Of a stretch of DNA of 64,000 nt, positions 1 to 8,946 are shown piece after piece. The translations under genes and the position numbers were made by a program. Within the stretch, counting starts at the first letter, position 1. Each line of letters opens with the position of its first letter. Under the pieces are notes generated by a model. The model was given only the letters and a program-made list of their open reading frames with translations, did no database searches and was not told where the DNA came from. The stretch comes from an uncultured Candidatus Rokubacteria bacterium (GTDB taxonomy: Bacteria > Methylomirabilota > Methylomirabilia > Rokubacteriales > CSP1-6), in assembly GCA_963771355.1 (NCBI GenBank), contig CAVYTA010000004.1, positions 160,001 through 224,000 of the forward strand. Direction: 5' to 3'.

Positions 1-415
1 TGGGCGCCACCAGGGCGCCGAACCAGGCGAGCACCGCGCGGAGGTGCCAGTCCACGCCGAGATAGTGATGGGACGAGGCGCCCATGGCCACGATGCCGAT
101 GGGCTTGGCACGGAGCGTCTCCAGCGGCGTGAGGTCGAGGAGATTCTTGAGCGCGCCGGTGAAGGAGGCGCGATACACGGGGCTCGCGAGCAGCACCGCG
201 TCGGCCTCGGCGAGCGCGGCCACGATCTTGGCGGTGTCGTCGTCGAGGCGGTCCGGCGGACGGCCGTCGGCGAAGCCGAGCCGGAAGTCGGCGAGGCTCA
301 GCAGCGAGGCCGAGACCCCGGCCCGGGCCGCGGCCCCGTCCACCGCCGTCCGGATGGCGGCATGGAGCCGCCCGGGCGGCGTCACCGCGCCTACCACCGC
401 CGCGAGCCGGAGCAT
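1..415 (-). CDS. NADPH-dependent FMN reductase (SsuE-like), 3' end outside window
   Basis: Not in ORF track. Manual translation from ATG 415: MLRLAAVVGAVTPPGRL...ADAVLLASPVYRASFTGALKNLLD...KPIGIVAMGASSHHYL, the flavodoxin-like FMN reductase signature. Lies directly downstream of an LLM monooxygenase. Confidence 0.88.
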   Translation of the reverse strand, partial: MLRLAAVVGAVTPPGRLHAAIRTAVDGAAARAGVSASLLSLADFRLGFADGRPPDRLDDDTAKIVAALAEADAVLLASPVYRASFTGALKNLLDLTPLETLRAKPIGIVAMGASSHHYLGVDWHLRAVLAWFGALVAP

Positions 416-419
416 CGGC

Positions 420-1505
420 TCAGGCCGCCGCGCGGTCGTGGTCGCGGCGCGCCACCGCGGCGCGCACGCGCGGGATCAGCTCGCGGCCGTACTCCTCCGC
501 GTCCTTGAGGGGGTCGAAGCCGCGGATGAGGAGGGTGGTGACGCCGAGGTCGTAGTAGTCGAGGAGGGACTCGGCCACCTGCTCGGGCGTGCCCACCAGC
601 GCGGTGGTATTGCCCGCGCCGCCCACCGCCGCCGCGATGGGCGTCCAGAGCCGCTTGTCGTGCAGCTCGCCCTGGCGCGCGAACTCCACCAGCCGCTGCG
701 CGCCCACCGCCTCCGGCAGGGGCAAGGTGCGGTCGCCCTGCTTGGCCCGCACGGTGGCGAGAATGCCGCGCGCCTTGTCCCAGGCGGCGTCCTCGGTGGG
801 CGCGATGATGGGCCGCAGCGAGACGCTGACCCGCGGCTCGCGCCCCACCCGCGCGCCCGCCGCGCGCACCTCGGCGACGCGCTGGCGGATGGCGGCCAGC
901 GGCTCGCCCCACAGCATGTAGACGTCGCAGTGCTTGGCGCCGATGGCGTGCGCGGCCTCCGAGGCGCCGCCGAAGTAGAGCGGGATGTGCGGCTTCTGGA
1001 CGGGCTTGATCTCCGAGAAGGCCTTGGCCACGCGATAGAACTCGCCCTCGAAGTCGAAGGGCTGCTCCTCGGTCCACGTGCGGCGCAGCAGGGCCAGATA
1101 CTCGTCGGTGCGGCGATAGCGCGTGTCGTGGTCGAGCCAGTCGCCGTCCTTGGCCTGGTCGAGGTCGCTGCCGCCGGTGATGATGTGGAGCGAGACGCGC
1201 CCTCCGGTGAACTGGTCCAGGGTGGCGGCCTTGCGCGCGGCCAGGGTGGGGGCCACGAAGCCCGGCCGGTGGGCGATGAGATAGCCCAGCCGCTCGGTGT
1301 GGGCGGCGGCGTGGCTGGCGACGAGAAAGCCCTCGGCGGCGGTGGAGGTGTAGCCCACCAGCACCTTGTCGAAGCCCGCGCGCTCGTGAGCGCGGGAGAA
1401 GTCCCGCACCCAGGCGGCATCGATCTCGCCGCCGATGACGTGGACGGCGGCGCCGTCGGCGCCTTCCGGCCGCACGCCGATCATGCCGATGACCTCGATG
1501 GGCAT
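420..1505 (-). CDS. LLM-class flavin-dependent monooxygenase (SsuD/alkanesulfonate monooxygenase-like)
   Basis: Motifs AHERAGFDKVL, LIAHRPGFVAP, ATLDQFTGGR, PLYFGGAS, ALVGTPEQVA. Confidence 0.9.
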   Translation of the reverse strand: MPIEVIGMIGVRPEGADGAAVHVIGGEIDAAWVRDFSRAHERAGFDKVLVGYTSTAAEGFLVASHAAAHTERLGYLIAHRPGFVAPTLAARKAATLDQFTGGRVSLHIITGGSDLDQAKDGDWLDHDTRYRRTDEYLALLRRTWTEEQPFDFEGEFYRVAKAFSEIKPVQKPHIPLYFGGASEAAHAIGAKHCDVYMLWGEPLAAIRQRVAEVRAAGARVGREPRVSVSLRPIIAPTEDAAWDKARGILATVRAKQGDRTLPLPEAVGAQRLVEFARQGELHDKRLWTPIAAAVGGAGNTTALVGTPEQVAESLLDYYDLGVTTLLIRGFDPLKDAEEYGRELIPRVRAAVARRDHDRAAA

Positions 1506-1514
1506 GGAGCGATC

Positions 1515-2741
1515 CTAGCGCGCGGCGATGCGCTCCGCCAGATGCTGGGCATCCTCGCCGACGCCGCAGAGGACGGACGACTTGAGCTTGTGCAGCCACG
1601 GCAGGCCGAGGAAGTAGAGGCCCGCGCAGGGGGACACGCCGCGCCGGTGCCGAGGCTCACCGGCGGTGTCGAAGGCGGGCAGGTCGATCCAGCCGAAGTC
1701 CGCGCGAAAGCCCGTGGCCCAGACCACGCTGGTGACGCCGGCCGCGCGCAGGTCGAGGAGGGGAGGCGAGGTGACGCGGCGGGTAGCGGCCGGCGCCGCG
1801 GGGTCCGTGTGCGCGGGCGGCGGCTCGAGCCCCGCGCGCCGCGCGTAGTCGTCCGCGGAAGTGCGGAACGCGGTCCACCCCTCGTCGCCCTTCGCGAGCT
1901 GCGCGTCGAGGTCGTCGTCGAAGTGGAGGCGTCCGTCGGCGCCGCCCCGCAGATGCCCCAGCAGGACCACGCCGCGGGCGGCATAGGCGCGGATGTCGAT
2001 GTCGTGGCCACCGCTCGCGCCGGTGACGAGCGGGTTGGGGGTCTGGCGCGCTTCGGGGCGCTCGGCGATCGTCTGGTCCAGCCCGCCCATCTCGCGGATC
2101 CACCAGAAGACGTCGCGGCCGCGGTAGCGCCGCGGCACGCGCCGGTGCCGCCCCACCGACAGGTAGACGGGGCGGCCGGCGCCCAGCAGATCCTCGACGA
2201 TCTGGCAGCCGGAGGCGCCCGAGCCGACCACGAGCACCCCGCCCGGCGGCAGCGCGCCGGGGTTCCGGTAGCGGCTCGAGTGGACCTGGACGATCTCCGG
2301 CGGCAGCGCGGCCGCCGCCGCTGGCCGCACGGGCTCTTGATAGGGGCCGGTGGCGGCCACCACGTGGGCGGCCTCGTACGCGAGGCCATCCGTCACCACG
2401 CGGAGCCGCGGGGAGCCGGGTTTGCGCCGCACCGCGCGGACGGTCACGCCGGTCCGCAGGGGCGCCCGGATGAGGTCGCGGTACTCGTCGAGGAAGCGGA
2501 CCACCTCGTCCCGCGGGGCGAAGCCCTCGGGATCGCCGCCGCGATACGCGTGCCCGGGCAGCTCGATGCTCCACGAGGGGAACTGGAAGGTGAGCGAGTC
2601 CCAGCGCTCACTGCGCCAGCGCTCGGCCACGCGCCCGCGTTCGAGGATGACGTGCTCGCGGCCGAGCGCGCGAAGGTGATAGCTCAGCGCGAGGCCGGCC
2701 TGGCCACCGCCGACGATGACGGTCTCGATCGACTCGCTCAC
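1515..2741 (-). CDS. Flavin-containing monooxygenase family (FAD/NAD(P)-binding oxidoreductase)
   Basis: GGGQAG FAD motif, RWDSL, HSSRY FMO-like motif, VVGSGASG NADPH motif, VWATGF, GLYFLG. Confidence 0.85.
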   Translation of the reverse strand: MSESIETVIVGGGQAGLALSYHLRALGREHVILERGRVAERWRSERWDSLTFQFPSWSIELPGHAYRGGDPEGFAPRDEVVRFLDEYRDLIRAPLRTGVTVRAVRRKPGSPRLRVVTDGLAYEAAHVVAATGPYQEPVRPAAAAALPPEIVQVHSSRYRNPGALPPGGVLVVGSGASGCQIVEDLLGAGRPVYLSVGRHRRVPRRYRGRDVFWWIREMGGLDQTIAERPEARQTPNPLVTGASGGHDIDIRAYAARGVVLLGHLRGGADGRLHFDDDLDAQLAKGDEGWTAFRTSADDYARRAGLEPPPAHTDPAAPAATRRVTSPPLLDLRAAGVTSVVWATGFRADFGWIDLPAFDTAGEPRHRRGVSPCAGLYFLGLPWLHKLKSSVLCGVGEDAQHLAERIAAR

Positions 2742-2799
2742 GGCGGGATGGTAGCGCGAATTGCTTCCCTCGCGCGGAGCGCGGGTCTATGGTGGGGCG

Positions 2800-3486
2800 G
2801 TGCGCGCCATCCCGCCGCCGCTCGCCCTCGGCCTCCTCCTCCTGACGGCGGGGTCCGCCTGGGCCCAGGGCAGCGAGGTTCCCATCAACGCGAGCCACCG
2901 GATCTTCGTCGCGGAGTACGTGGCCGCGGTGAACGCCCGCGACGCGGAGCGATTCCGCCGCCTCGTGCATCCGCAGTCGCTCGCCTGCATCACCGACGAC
3001 AACCGCGACTTCTACGACGAGTGGGTGGCGCGCGCCTTCCGCCGCACGTTGCCCGACACCTACCGCCTCCAGAGCGTGCGGGCGCTGGGGCCGAATGCGC
3101 CGCCCATGGTGCCGGCTCACATGGCGATCAATCCGGTCCCGCCCACCCACACGATCCAGATCGACGCGCAGCCCGCTCCCTACCGTTTCGTCACCATCCT
3201 GCTCCAGGTGACGCAGAGCGCGGGCACCTGGCTCCAGGTGATGCCCTGTCCCACCGCGGAGGGCCTCGCCGCCTTCCGCGCGGCCAAGAAGGCGAACGCC
3301 GCGCAGGACGCGCGCGTGAAGACGCTGGCCGACGGTCTTCCTGATTCCCTCCGATCCGAGATCACGGCGCTCATGAAGGCGGGGAAGAAGGCCGACGCCA
3401 TCAAGCGCTATCAAGCGGCCAGCGGCGAGAGTCTCACCGTCGCGACGGGCGTGGTGGATCGGCTGGAAGCCGGCGGCGGCCCCTAG
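2800..3486 (+). CDS. Secreted hypothetical protein with NTF2-like N-terminus and L7/L12-CTD-like C-terminal motif
   Basis: GTG 2800 preceded by TATGGT-N6; signal peptide LALGLLLLTAGSAWA; C-terminal GKKADAIKRYQAASGESLTVATGVVD. Confidence 0.65.
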   Translation: MRAIPPPLALGLLLLTAGSAWAQGSEVPINASHRIFVAEYVAAVNARDAERFRRLVHPQSLACITDDNRDFYDEWVARAFRRTLPDTYRLQSVRALGPNAPPMVPAHMAINPVPPTHTIQIDAQPAPYRFVTILLQVTQSAGTWLQVMPCPTAEGLAAFRAAKKANAAQDARVKTLADGLPDSLRSEITALMKAGKKADAIKRYQAASGESLTVATGVVDRLEAGGGP

Positions 3487-3487
3487 C

Positions 3488-4543
3488 TCAGGGCGCGGCG
3501 GCCGGGAGAGCCACCGTGCTCCCGGTGGCGCTGGCGCGCAGCGCCGCGGCCAGGATCTCCTGCACGTCGCGCCCTACCTCGGGCGCGCAGAGGCCTTCGA
3601 TGGGCCGCCCGTCCCGCACGCGCGTGAGGAAGTAGGTCACGCCGTCCTTCTCGTCCGGCGGCAGCGCGGGGGCGTCCAGCGTCTCGCTGCCGTCCCCGGT
3701 CACCCGCTGCACTCGCCCCGGCCCGGGCCGGTCGCCCTCGCGAATCGGCCGCGGCTGATGCACGATCAAGGTCCCCGCGTCCCCGTAGACCACCATGGCA
3801 AAGGCGGGCTCCCCGCCGATCTGGGTCCAGGAGCCTTCGAGCACGGCGAGCGCGCGCGGATAGCGGAGGATGACGACGGCATTGTCCTCGCTGGCGAGCC
3901 CGACCTTTCGGAGATGTGCGGCCACCGCGGTGACCGCCTGGGGCCGGCCGAGCAGAGTCCGGGCGAGGATGCCGCCATAGCCGCAGTAGTCCACGAGCGC
4001 GCCGCTCCCGTTCCGGCGGGCGTCGTAGAGCCAGTCGCAGAACTGGGGCGAGCAGCCGAACTCGCGCGGCCCCGCGTGCCCGCCGCGGTGGGTGAGCTGC
4101 ACCGGCTCCCCCACCGCCCCCGCGGCGGCCAGGGCCAGGCCATGGCGCAAGGCGGGCCGCCACACCGTGGGCCAGTTGACCATGAGCGGCTGGCCCGCGC
4201 GGCGCGCGGCCTGGAGTGCCGCCTCCGCGCCGGGCAGATCCGCCGCCATGGGTTTCTCGATCATGACGGGCAGCCCGCGCTCCAGGGCGCGCGCCGCCCA
4301 CTCGGCGGAGCCGCGGTTGTCGGCGAAGCAGAGGATGGCGTCGAGATCGGTGCGCTCGAGGAGCGCCTCGTACGTGGGAAGCGCGGCCACGCCGCCGTGC
4401 TCGCGGCCGAGCCGCTCGCGGAGCCGCGCGTCCGGCTCCGCGATGGCCACGAGCACGCCGGGCTCGCCCGCGGCCACCGCCGCGAGGTTGGCCCAGACGT
4501 GATCGTGGCTGAGCCCGAGGACGCCGACCCGCAGTCGGGCCAC
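3488..4543 (-). CDS. Gfo/Idh/MocA family oxidoreductase
   Basis: RVGVLG Rossmann start, IEKPMA motif, GSGALVDYCGY. Confidence 0.88.
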   Translation of the reverse strand: MARLRVGVLGLSHDHVWANLAAVAAGEPGVLVAIAEPDARLRERLGREHGGVAALPTYEALLERTDLDAILCFADNRGSAEWAARALERGLPVMIEKPMAADLPGAEAALQAARRAGQPLMVNWPTVWRPALRHGLALAAAGAVGEPVQLTHRGGHAGPREFGCSPQFCDWLYDARRNGSGALVDYCGYGGILARTLLGRPQAVTAVAAHLRKVGLASEDNAVVILRYPRALAVLEGSWTQIGGEPAFAMVVYGDAGTLIVHQPRPIREGDRPGPGRVQRVTGDGSETLDAPALPPDEKDGVTYFLTRVRDGRPIEGLCAPEVGRDVQEILAAALRASATGSTVALPAAAP

Positions 4544-4559
4544 GGCGGGGGGAAGCGCC

Positions 4560-5063
4560 TTACAGCGCCTTCAGCATGTTGTCGGCGTCGCTCACCTCGA
4601 ACTTGCCGGGGGCCTCGACGTTGAGCGCCTTCACGGTGCCGTCCTCCACCAGCATCGAGTAGCGCTGGGACCGGACGCCCATGCCGCGCGCGGTGAGATC
4701 CATCTCGAGGCCCAGCGCCTTGGTGAACACCGCGCTGCCGTCGGCCATCATGCGCACCTTGCCGCCGGCCTTCTGATCCTTGGCCCAGGCGCCCATCACG
4801 AAGGCGTCGTTTACGGACACGCACCAGACCTCGTCCACCTTCTTGGCCCTCAGCTTGTCGTGGTTGGCCACGTAGCCGGGCACGTGCTTGGCGGAGCAGG
4901 TGGGGGTGAAGGCGCCGGGCAGGCCGAAGATCACCACCGTCTTGCCCTTGGTGAGGTCGGCCACGTTGAAGTTGTTGGGCCCGATGCTGCATCCGGGCTG
5001 CTCGGTCTCGATCATCTCGGTGAGGGTGCCGCCGGGCAGCTTGTCACCGACCTTGATCGCCAT
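4560..5063 (-). CDS. Peroxiredoxin (Prx5/type II, Redoxin)
   Basis: PGAFTPTCS peroxidatic motif, SVNDAFVM, RSQRYSMLV; strong AAGGAGG RBS before ATG 5063. Confidence 0.95.
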   Translation of the reverse strand: MAIKVGDKLPGGTLTEMIETEQPGCSIGPNNFNVADLTKGKTVVIFGLPGAFTPTCSAKHVPGYVANHDKLRAKKVDEVWCVSVNDAFVMGAWAKDQKAGGKVRMMADGSAVFTKALGLEMDLTARGMGVRSQRYSMLVEDGTVKALNVEAPGKFEVSDADNMLKAL

Positions 5064-5197
5064 GGGGATCCTCCTTGATGGTCTCGTGGGATGGAAAGGG
5101 GATGTGGAGCGCCCTGCGCGCCGCAAGCGGCATGGTACCACACGGGGCGCGCGCCGAGTTTCGGGGAGTCGGGCCGCTTCGTTTACACTGGAGCGGT

Positions 5198-7210
5198 ATG
5201 TCGGCGTCCTGGCTCGAGCCCCCCGATACCCGCGTGGCCCCGCGCCCCGCGGAGAGCGCCGTCGCGAGCCGTGCGGCCCTCGCCGAGGCGGCGGGCGGCG
5301 CCGCCACGCGCGCGGGCGGGGCGGTCCTGGCGCTCCAGAAGGGGGACGGGTACTGGTGCGGCGATCTTCTCGGCGACACCACGCTCGAGTCCGACTACGT
5401 GCTGCTCCAGCTCTGGCTGCACCCGCCCGAGGACGGCGCCTGGCGGCCGCCCACCCGCGGCCGCATCGAGAAGACCCGCCGGGCCATCCTGGAGCGGCAG
5501 CTTCCCGACGGCGGCTTCAACGTCTATCCCGAGGGCCCCGCCGAGCTGAACGCCACCGTGAAGGCCTATGCCGCGCTCAAGCTGGCCGGCCTGCCCGCCG
5601 AGAGCGAGCCCCTCACGCGCGCGCGGGAGTGCGTCCTGCGCCTGGGCGGCATCCAGGAGACCAACAGTTACGTCCGCATCAACCTGAGCCTGTTCGGCCT
5701 CTACCCCCGTCGGCACGTGCCGACCATTCCCCCCGAGCTCGTGCTGCTGCCCGGGGGCCTCATCTACGAGATGTCGTCGTGGACCCGCGCCATCGTGGTG
5801 CCGCTGTCCATCGTCCAGGCGCGCGCGGGGCGGCGTCCCGTCCCCGCCGGGTTCGATCTGGACGAGCTGGCCGCGCCGCGCAAGAGCTTCCGGCTCCCGC
5901 GGCGCGACGGGCTCTCCGCCGTGTTCGGCCAGCTCGACACCGCGCTCAAGGTCTGGGAAAAGGGCGCGCCGGAGATGATTCGCAAGTCGGCGCTGCGCGA
6001 GGCGGAGAAGTGGATGCTCGACCGCACCCGCCACAGCGACGGGCTCGGCGGCATCTATCCCTCGATGATGTACTTCATCATGGCGCTGGAGTGCCTGGGC
6101 TACCCGCGCGACCATCCCGATCTCGTGGAGGCGATCCGCGTGTTCGAGGGCTTGCTGACCGAGACGGAGGACCAGGTCTACTTCCAGCCCTGCTTCTCGC
6201 CGGTCTGGGACACCGCGCTTGCCATGTTCGCGCTGGGCGAGTCGGGTGTTCCCGCGGCGGACGCCCAGCGCCGCGCTGCGGACTGGCTCATCGCGCGGGA
6301 GGTCCGGCGGCGCGGCGACTGGTCGGTGAAGCGGCCGGACCTCGAGCCCTCCGGCTGGGCCTTCGAGTTCAGCAACGAGCACTACCCCGACATCGACGAC
6401 ACCGCCATGGTCTTGCTGGCGCTCGAGCACGCGCGCGCCTCCGACCTGGAGGCGCAGGCGCGCTGCGAGCGGCGGGCCCAGCACTGGCTCACGCAGATGC
6501 AGTCCAGCGACGGCGGCTGGGCCGCCTTCGACGTGGACAATAACTGGGCGTTGCTCAACCGCGTGCCCTTCGCCGATCACAACGCCATGCTGGATCCCAC
6601 CTGCCCGGACATCACGGGCCGGGTGCTGGAGGCGCTCTGCCGGCGCGGGCTCAAACTCTCCGACCTTCCGATCGATCGCGGCGTCGCCTATCTCCTCCAG
6701 ACCCAGGAAGCGGACGGCTCCTGGTACGGGCGCTGGGGCGTGAACTACCTGTACGGGAGCTTTCTCGCGCTCCGGGGGCTGCGCGCCTCTCACGATCGCA
6801 CCGCCTCGCGCGCCATCTGGAAGGCCGGGCGCTGGATCGCGTCGGTGCAGAACGCCGACGGCGGCTGGGGTGAGAGCTGCGCGAGCTATGGGGAGGGTGC
6901 CTTCGTGGCCGCGCCGAGCACGCCGTCCCAGACCGCGTGGGGGCTGCTGGGGCTCCTGGCAACGGGCCAGGTGGAGAGCGAGAACCTCATCCGTGGCGCG
7001 CGATATCTCCTCGATACCCAGCGCGCCGACGGGACCTGGGACGAGACGCTCGCCACCGGCACGGGGTTCCCCGGCGTCTTCTATCTCCGGTACACGCTCT
7101 ACCGGACCTACTTCCCGCTGCTGGCGCTCGCCCAGGTGCGGAGCGCTCTCGACGGCGCCGCCCGGGCGCTGCGCCTCGTTCGCGAGGGCGGCGCCGCCCC
7201 GGGGGTCTGA
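5198..7210 (+). CDS. shc: Squalene-hopene cyclase
   Basis: Catalytic DXDD (YPDIDDTAMV), SPVWDT, several QW repeats (QSSDGGW, QEADGSWYGRWG, QNADGGWGES, QRADGTW), GTGFP. Confidence 0.97.
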   Translation: MSASWLEPPDTRVAPRPAESAVASRAALAEAAGGAATRAGGAVLALQKGDGYWCGDLLGDTTLESDYVLLQLWLHPPEDGAWRPPTRGRIEKTRRAILERQLPDGGFNVYPEGPAELNATVKAYAALKLAGLPAESEPLTRARECVLRLGGIQETNSYVRINLSLFGLYPRRHVPTIPPELVLLPGGLIYEMSSWTRAIVVPLSIVQARAGRRPVPAGFDLDELAAPRKSFRLPRRDGLSAVFGQLDTALKVWEKGAPEMIRKSALREAEKWMLDRTRHSDGLGGIYPSMMYFIMALECLGYPRDHPDLVEAIRVFEGLLTETEDQVYFQPCFSPVWDTALAMFALGESGVPAADAQRRAADWLIAREVRRRGDWSVKRPDLEPSGWAFEFSNEHYPDIDDTAMVLLALEHARASDLEAQARCERRAQHWLTQMQSSDGGWAAFDVDNNWALLNRVPFADHNAMLDPTCPDITGRVLEALCRRGLKLSDLPIDRGVAYLLQTQEADGSWYGRWGVNYLYGSFLALRGLRASHDRTASRAIWKAGRWIASVQNADGGWGESCASYGEGAFVAAPSTPSQTAWGLLGLLATGQVESENLIRGARYLLDTQRADGTWDETLATGTGFPGVFYLRYTLYRTYFPLLALAQVRSALDGAARALRLVREGGAAPGV

Positions 7211-7249
7211 GCACCGCGTCGCCGCCCCGCCGGTGACGTCGGCGCGGCG

Positions 7250-8662
7250 TCACCCGCGCGGGCGCAGACCCCCGCCCGCGAGGGCCGCGTAGACCGTGGC
7301 CGCCAGCCGCGGTAGATCGGGATCGCGGGCGCCCATGAGGAGCACGGTGTCGCCCGGCCGCGCTTCCGCCGCCACCCAGCGCACGACCTCCGCGTGGTCG
7401 GCGGCATGACCGCAGTGGAGATCGGCGGGCAGGTCGTCCGCGAGCACGCGTCCCGTCACGTCCCGGACCACGGTGCCGCCCGCGTAGTACACCTCCGCGT
7501 AACAGAAGCGGTCGGCGGGGCGCAGGATCCGCGTCAGCAGCTCGCGCAGCTCCGGGCGCAGGAAGCGCGCGGGGCCATAGCCATGCGGCTGGAACACTGC
7601 CACCACGCGCGCCCCGCCCGCCTGGGCGGTGGTGAGCGCGGCACGGATCTTCTCGCCGTTGTGCGCGTAGTCGTCCACGACCCGGATGCCGCTCGGCGTC
7701 GTGCCCACCACCTCGAAGCGCCGCGCCACGCCTGGGAAGCGCGCCAGCGAGCGGGCGATGGCCTCCGGCGCGAGGCCGAGGGCGAGGGCGACCAGGGCGG
7801 CGGCGGCCGCGTTCTCGAGATTGTGGGCACCCGGCTGCGGGATGTCGAGGGGCACGCGCCCAGCCGGCGCGTGAAGCACGCCCCGGGCCCGATGCGGGCC
7901 CACGCTCTGGATCTCGAGCCGCGCCTCCGCGTCGTTGGTGGTGCCGTAGGTCCCGGCGCCGACGGCGCGCCCCACCGCGGCGGCCTCGGGACAGGCCGTG
8001 TTGACGAGCAGCCGGCGCGCATTGCGCGCGAAGGCCTCGAACTGCGGCCGTAGCGCCGCCACCTCGCCGTGATCGCGGCTGATATTGTGGATGATGCCGA
8101 GGGCGGGCGCATAGCCGGTGAGCGTGCCGTCGGACTCGCAGGCCTCGGCGGCCACCGGTGCCGCGTCGGGGCCCGCGAGGAAGCAGCCGCTCACGCCCTC
8201 GCCCACGAGGGCGGCGCCGCCCAGCGCGGTGGCGGGGAGTCCCGCCTCGCGGGTGAGCCAGGTCACCATGCCGGTGATGGTGCTTTTCCCGCTGGTGCCC
8301 GCGATGGCCACTCCCGGCCGGCCGGCGTTCACCACTTCCGCCAGCAGCGCGGGCCGGGCCACCCGCTCGATGCCTAGCGCGCCCGCCGCGCGCATCTCGG
8401 GCGTCTCCGCCTCCACCGCGGTGGAGTAGACGAAGCGGTCGAGGCCGGCCGTCACCGCCGCCCCGTCCTGGGCCAGGAGCGTGATGCCCAGCCCACGCAG
8501 GAGGGCGGCGAGATCGCCGCTCTTGCCCTGATCGAGCGCGCGGTCGGAGCCCTGCACCGCATGGCCGCGCGCCCGCATGAGCCGCGCGAGGGGGTTCATG
8601 CCCGCGCCGGCGATGCCGGAGAAGTGGTAGCGTAGCGGGCGCGCGGGCGCGGTGGGCGTCAC
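7250..8662 (-). CDS. Mur ligase family protein (MurC/Mpl-like)
   Basis: HFSGIAGAGM, GSD, AGTSGKSTIT P-loop, EACESD, NISRDH, GVARRFE, DDYAHN, VFQPH; start set at GTG 8662 (TATCCT-N6). Confidence 0.88.
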   Translation of the reverse strand: MTPTAPARPLRYHFSGIAGAGMNPLARLMRARGHAVQGSDRALDQGKSGDLAALLRGLGITLLAQDGAAVTAGLDRFVYSTAVEAETPEMRAAGALGIERVARPALLAEVVNAGRPGVAIAGTSGKSTITGMVTWLTREAGLPATALGGAALVGEGVSGCFLAGPDAAPVAAEACESDGTLTGYAPALGIIHNISRDHGEVAALRPQFEAFARNARRLLVNTACPEAAAVGRAVGAGTYGTTNDAEARLEIQSVGPHRARGVLHAPAGRVPLDIPQPGAHNLENAAAAALVALALGLAPEAIARSLARFPGVARRFEVVGTTPSGIRVVDDYAHNGEKIRAALTTAQAGGARVVAVFQPHGYGPARFLRPELRELLTRILRPADRFCYAEVYYAGGTVVRDVTGRVLADDLPADLHCGHAADHAEVVRWVAAEARPGDTVLLMGARDPDLPRLAATVYAALAGGGLRPRG

Positions 8663-8768
8663 CACTCCAGGATACGACAGGGAACCCGCGCGGCAGGCGT
8701 CTGGTGATGCGCGGCCGGGGGGGCTAAGATGCGCCCGTTCCACCATCTCGCACCGGGGAGGCGCGGCC

Positions 8769-8945
8769 GTGGTCGATCGATCGGGTAGGCATCTCATGAC
8801 CGCCGGGGCCATCGTGACCATGGTGGGTCTCGGCATCATCCTGGTTCGCGAGCTGCGCCTTGCCCGCGAGTGGATTCCGGTCATCGTGGGTATCGGCCTC
8901 TTCATCGTGGGCGCCGTCCGCTATCTGACTTCGAGGCGGGACTAG
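8769..8945 (+). CDS. Small two-TM membrane protein (58 aa)
   Basis: GGGGAG RBS before GTG 8769; two hydrophobic segments; stop 1 nt before the next ATG. Confidence 0.6.
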   Translation: MVDRSGRHLMTAGAIVTMVGLGIILVRELRLAREWIPVIVGIGLFIVGAVRYLTSRRD

Positions 8946-8946
8946 C

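Noticed and set aside
84..3344. Very long alternative-frame and antisense ORFs (e.g. 84..3344, 22950..26273, 24284..26923, 45017..47857, 56076..58529)
   Set aside because: Shadow ORFs expected at this GC content; R/A/G/P-rich with no motifs, overlapping well-supported genes.
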